Source: Rhizobium sp. Q54 (GTDB lineage Bacteria; Pseudomonadota; Alphaproteobacteria; UBA2966; CAIVPW01). From it: a stretch of DNA of 64,000 bases. The stretch lies in contig CAMEYM010000014.1 of NCBI GenBank assembly GCA_945947575.1, positions 2,738-66,737 of the forward strand. Reading direction: 5' to 3'. Below the pieces are notes generated by a model that saw only the letters and a list, made by a program, of their open reading frames with translations, did no database searches and had not been told where the DNA came from. Shown piece after piece: positions 62,152 to 64,000 of the stretch. The number at the start of each line of letters is the position of its first letter. The stretch's first letter is position 1. A program made the position numbers and the translations under genes.

Positions 62152-63825
62152 ATGGATCTGATTTGCTACGTGCATCCAAGCTGGAAACCGCGCATTCGCC
62201 CGGCGGAAGCGACGCGGCAGTGGATGACCGACACCCCGGAGTCGTTCGCCTATCGCTGCCTGCCGCTGAACATCGCGAACGCCCACGGCTGGGAACTGCT
62301 GTCGCCCTGCGCCTTCGACGCGACGTGGAGTGGCGGGACAACGACGGCCGACATCTCCATTCGCATCGCCGGGGGCGCCAAGGTCAGCCACCCGCCCGTG
62401 TCGATCTTTGGCCAGGGCATCCTGACGTTCAACATCGAGGGTCTGTTCCGCACCCCGCCCGGCTGGAACCTGTGGGTGGGCGGCTCGCCCAATCACCTGA
62501 AGGACGGCATCGGCGCGCTGACCGGCGTCGTCGAGACGGACTGGGCGCCCTACACCTTCACCATGAACTGGCGCTTCACGCGCCCCGGTCACGCCGTCCA
62601 CTTCGACGAGGGCGAGCCGATCTGCTTCTTCTTTCCGGTGCAGCGCTCGTACCTCGATCAGGTCGCACCGCAGATCGTGCCGATGGAGGCGAACGCCGAG
62701 CTGGTCGAGCAGTTCCAGATGTGGAGCCGTTCGCGCGACGAGTTCCAGAAGAAGGTGTCGCGCCAGCCGCCTGCCGCCCCCGCCGAGAGATGGCAGAAGC
62801 ACTACTACCAGGGCGCCGACATGCGCGGCCAAGCCGCGGCCGGGCACCAGACAAAGATGAAGCTCGCGGCGTTTGAATCGCGCGCGACCGCCAGGGGCAC
62901 GCCGCCGCTAGTCGTCGCCCCGTCGCCGCCGATCGCGGCGTCGGCGGCGCCTTCAGCGGCACCCACGAGGGCGCCCACAAGCGATGGGTCAACTTCGATC
63001 GCGCTGCGCAAGCGTGACTGGCTTCTGCATCACGTCGAGAGCCGGCGCGACCTATCGCCCGAGGCCGTCCACATCGAGCGCCGCATCGGGCTCAGTTCGC
63101 AGGAATTCCTCGACAAGTATTACGCGCTGAACCGCCCGGTCATCCTCGCCGGCGAGATGCAGGAGTGGCCGGCGCTGACCCTGTGGACGCCGGATTACCT
63201 GCGCCGGGCGGTTGGCTCGCGCGCGGTGGAGTTCCAAGGCGGGCGCAATAAGAACGAGCGCTTCGAAATGCAGAAGGACCTGCATCGCACGTCGGCGCCG
63301 TTCGAGGAGTTCATGGACCTGATCACCGCCAAGGGCGGCAACGACGCATACATCACCGCCTACAACTGCGAGCGCAACCGCGACGCGTTGGCGGTCCTGA
63401 ACAAAGACGTGCTGCCGCTCGACAAGTTCCTGTCAGGCGAGGGCGCGTTTCCGAACGGCATGATGTGGATCGGCCCGGCCGGCACCGTGACGTCGCTGCA
63501 TCACGACCTCACGGATAACTTCATCGCCCAAGTTGTGGGCCGCAAGCGCTTCAAGATCGTTCCGGCCGCGGACGTGGGCAAGCTCTACAACCACAAACAC
63601 GTGTTCAGTGAGGTGCCCAACCTCGAGGACCCGGCGCTCGACCGCGCCAAGTATCCGCTCCTCGACCAGATCCGCGTCTACGACGTGACGATCATGCCGG
63701 GCGAGATCCTGTATATGCCGCTCGCCTGGTGGCACCAGGTGCACGCCATCGATTTCAGCGTGACCATCACCTACACGAACTTCCGCTGGCCGAACGACAG
63801 CTACAAGGACTATCCGGCCGACTGA
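62152..63825 (+). CDS. two-domain protein: N-terminal domain of unknown function plus C-terminal JmjC/cupin-8 Fe(II)/2OG-oxygenase-like domain
   Basis: Start at [11 protein letters not shown]. Residues ~1-230 are a conserved-looking uncharacterised domain. A low-complexity linker ([26 protein letters not shown]) follows. The C-terminal ~280 aa has the JmjC HxD...H triad (SLHHDLTDN ... WWHQVHAID). Confidence 0.7.
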   Translation: MDLICYVHPSWKPRIRPAEATRQWMTDTPESFAYRCLPLNIANAHGWELLSPCAFDATWSGGTTTADISIRIAGGAKVSHPPVSIFGQGILTFNIEGLFRTPPGWNLWVGGSPNHLKDGIGALTGVVETDWAPYTFTMNWRFTRPGHAVHFDEGEPICFFFPVQRSYLDQVAPQIVPMEANAELVEQFQMWSRSRDEFQKKVSRQPPAAPAERWQKHYYQGADMRGQAAAGHQTKMKLAAFESRATARGTPPLVVAPSPPIAASAAPSAAPTRAPTSDGSTSIALRKRDWLLHHVESRRDLSPEAVHIERRIGLSSQEFLDKYYALNRPVILAGEMQEWPALTLWTPDYLRRAVGSRAVEFQGGRNKNERFEMQKDLHRTSAPFEEFMDLITAKGGNDAYITAYNCERNRDALAVLNKDVLPLDKFLSGEGAFPNGMMWIGPAGTVTSLHHDLTDNFIAQVVGRKRFKIVPAADVGKLYNHKHVFSEVPNLEDPALDRAKYPLLDQIRVYDVTIMPGEILYMPLAWWHQVHAIDFSVTITYTNFRWPNDSYKDYPAD

Positions 63826-64000
63826 CGCGCGGTTTCCTCGTCGAGACGCCGCCGGATTTCGATCAGGTCGCGCCACGAATCGCGTTTGAGCGCGGGGGTG
63901 CGCAGCAGATACGCCGAATGGAATGTCGGCATCGTCGGGATCGGAGCGGACGGCCGCTCCGGGTCGCCGCGGTACTGGTGCCAACGGCCGCGGATGCGCG
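63810..64000 (-). CDS. uracil-DNA glycosylase family 4, C-terminal fragment; the gene start lies beyond the window end
   Basis: My own minus-strand translation gives ...[39 protein letters not shown], which matches the family-4 UDG C-terminal motif (F/Y-HPS-xLLR-xP). The TAG at 63812-63810 overlaps the convergent upstream gene end by 16 nt. Confidence 0.5.
   Translation of the reverse strand, partial: RIRGRWHQYRGDPERPSAPIPTMPTFHSAYLLRTPALKRDSWRDLIEIRRRLDEETARQSAG

Overview
This window looks like core chromosome from a GC-rich alphaproteobacterium (GC judged by eye, not computed; gene order resembles Rhizobiales/Caulobacterales). I could not support a new defence or mobile system here; I found no CRISPR array, transposase, integrase or tRNA. 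Genes are densely packed, with many 1-4 nt start/stop overlaps (GTGA/ATGA) that suggest translational coupling.

Genes I recognise, left to right:
- a partial pseudouridine synthase, tadA, purD and xseA
- a lipid A late-step cluster: lpxL-family acyltransferase, lpxK, a DUF374 acyltransferase and an msbA-like exporter
- cysQ-like, pmbA, an SDR, ubiD and ubiA
- gshA, a DEDDh exonuclease coupled to a METTL20-like methyltransferase, and tldD
- a complete aa3 cytochrome oxidase operon: coxB, coxA, ctaB, a tiny ORF, ctaG, coxC, DUF983 and surf1
- an M32 carboxypeptidase, an Atm1-like ABC exporter, a secreted hypothetical and a long-form dCTP deaminase
- thrC, an M16 peptidase and a GNAT acetyltransferase
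- yqgE/algH, a DsbD-domain protein, a Prx5 peroxiredoxin, rnhA, thrB, ispH and a lipoprotein
- a tandem glycine riboswitch followed by gcvT, gcvH, gcvPA and gcvPB
- the F0 ATP synthase operon (atpI, atpB, atpE, atpF', atpF)
- hisI, smc, dsbA, a DUF721/DciA-like protein, mutY, ccrM and rnhB
- a PCuAC copper chaperone, a radical SAM protein, moaB, an Slt lytic transglycosylase, a JmjC/cupin fusion protein and a partial family-4 UDG

Most ORFs in the supplied track are spurious GC-rich frames antisense to these genes.

The points most worth a second look are:
- a consensus rhizobial-type promoter (CTTGAC-N17-CTATAT) with no gene behind it, between gcvPB and the atp terminator, which may drive a small RNA
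- an unannotated 56-aa lysine-rich ORF just after gcvPB
- four GANTC sites packed around the ccrM start codon
- a perfect in-frame 39-bp tandem duplication inside mutY
- a ~400-bp AT-rich leader upstream of thrC
- a RegR/PrrA-like palindrome plus a repeated 10-mer upstream of coxB
- an unusual N-terminal-domain-plus-JmjC fusion protein
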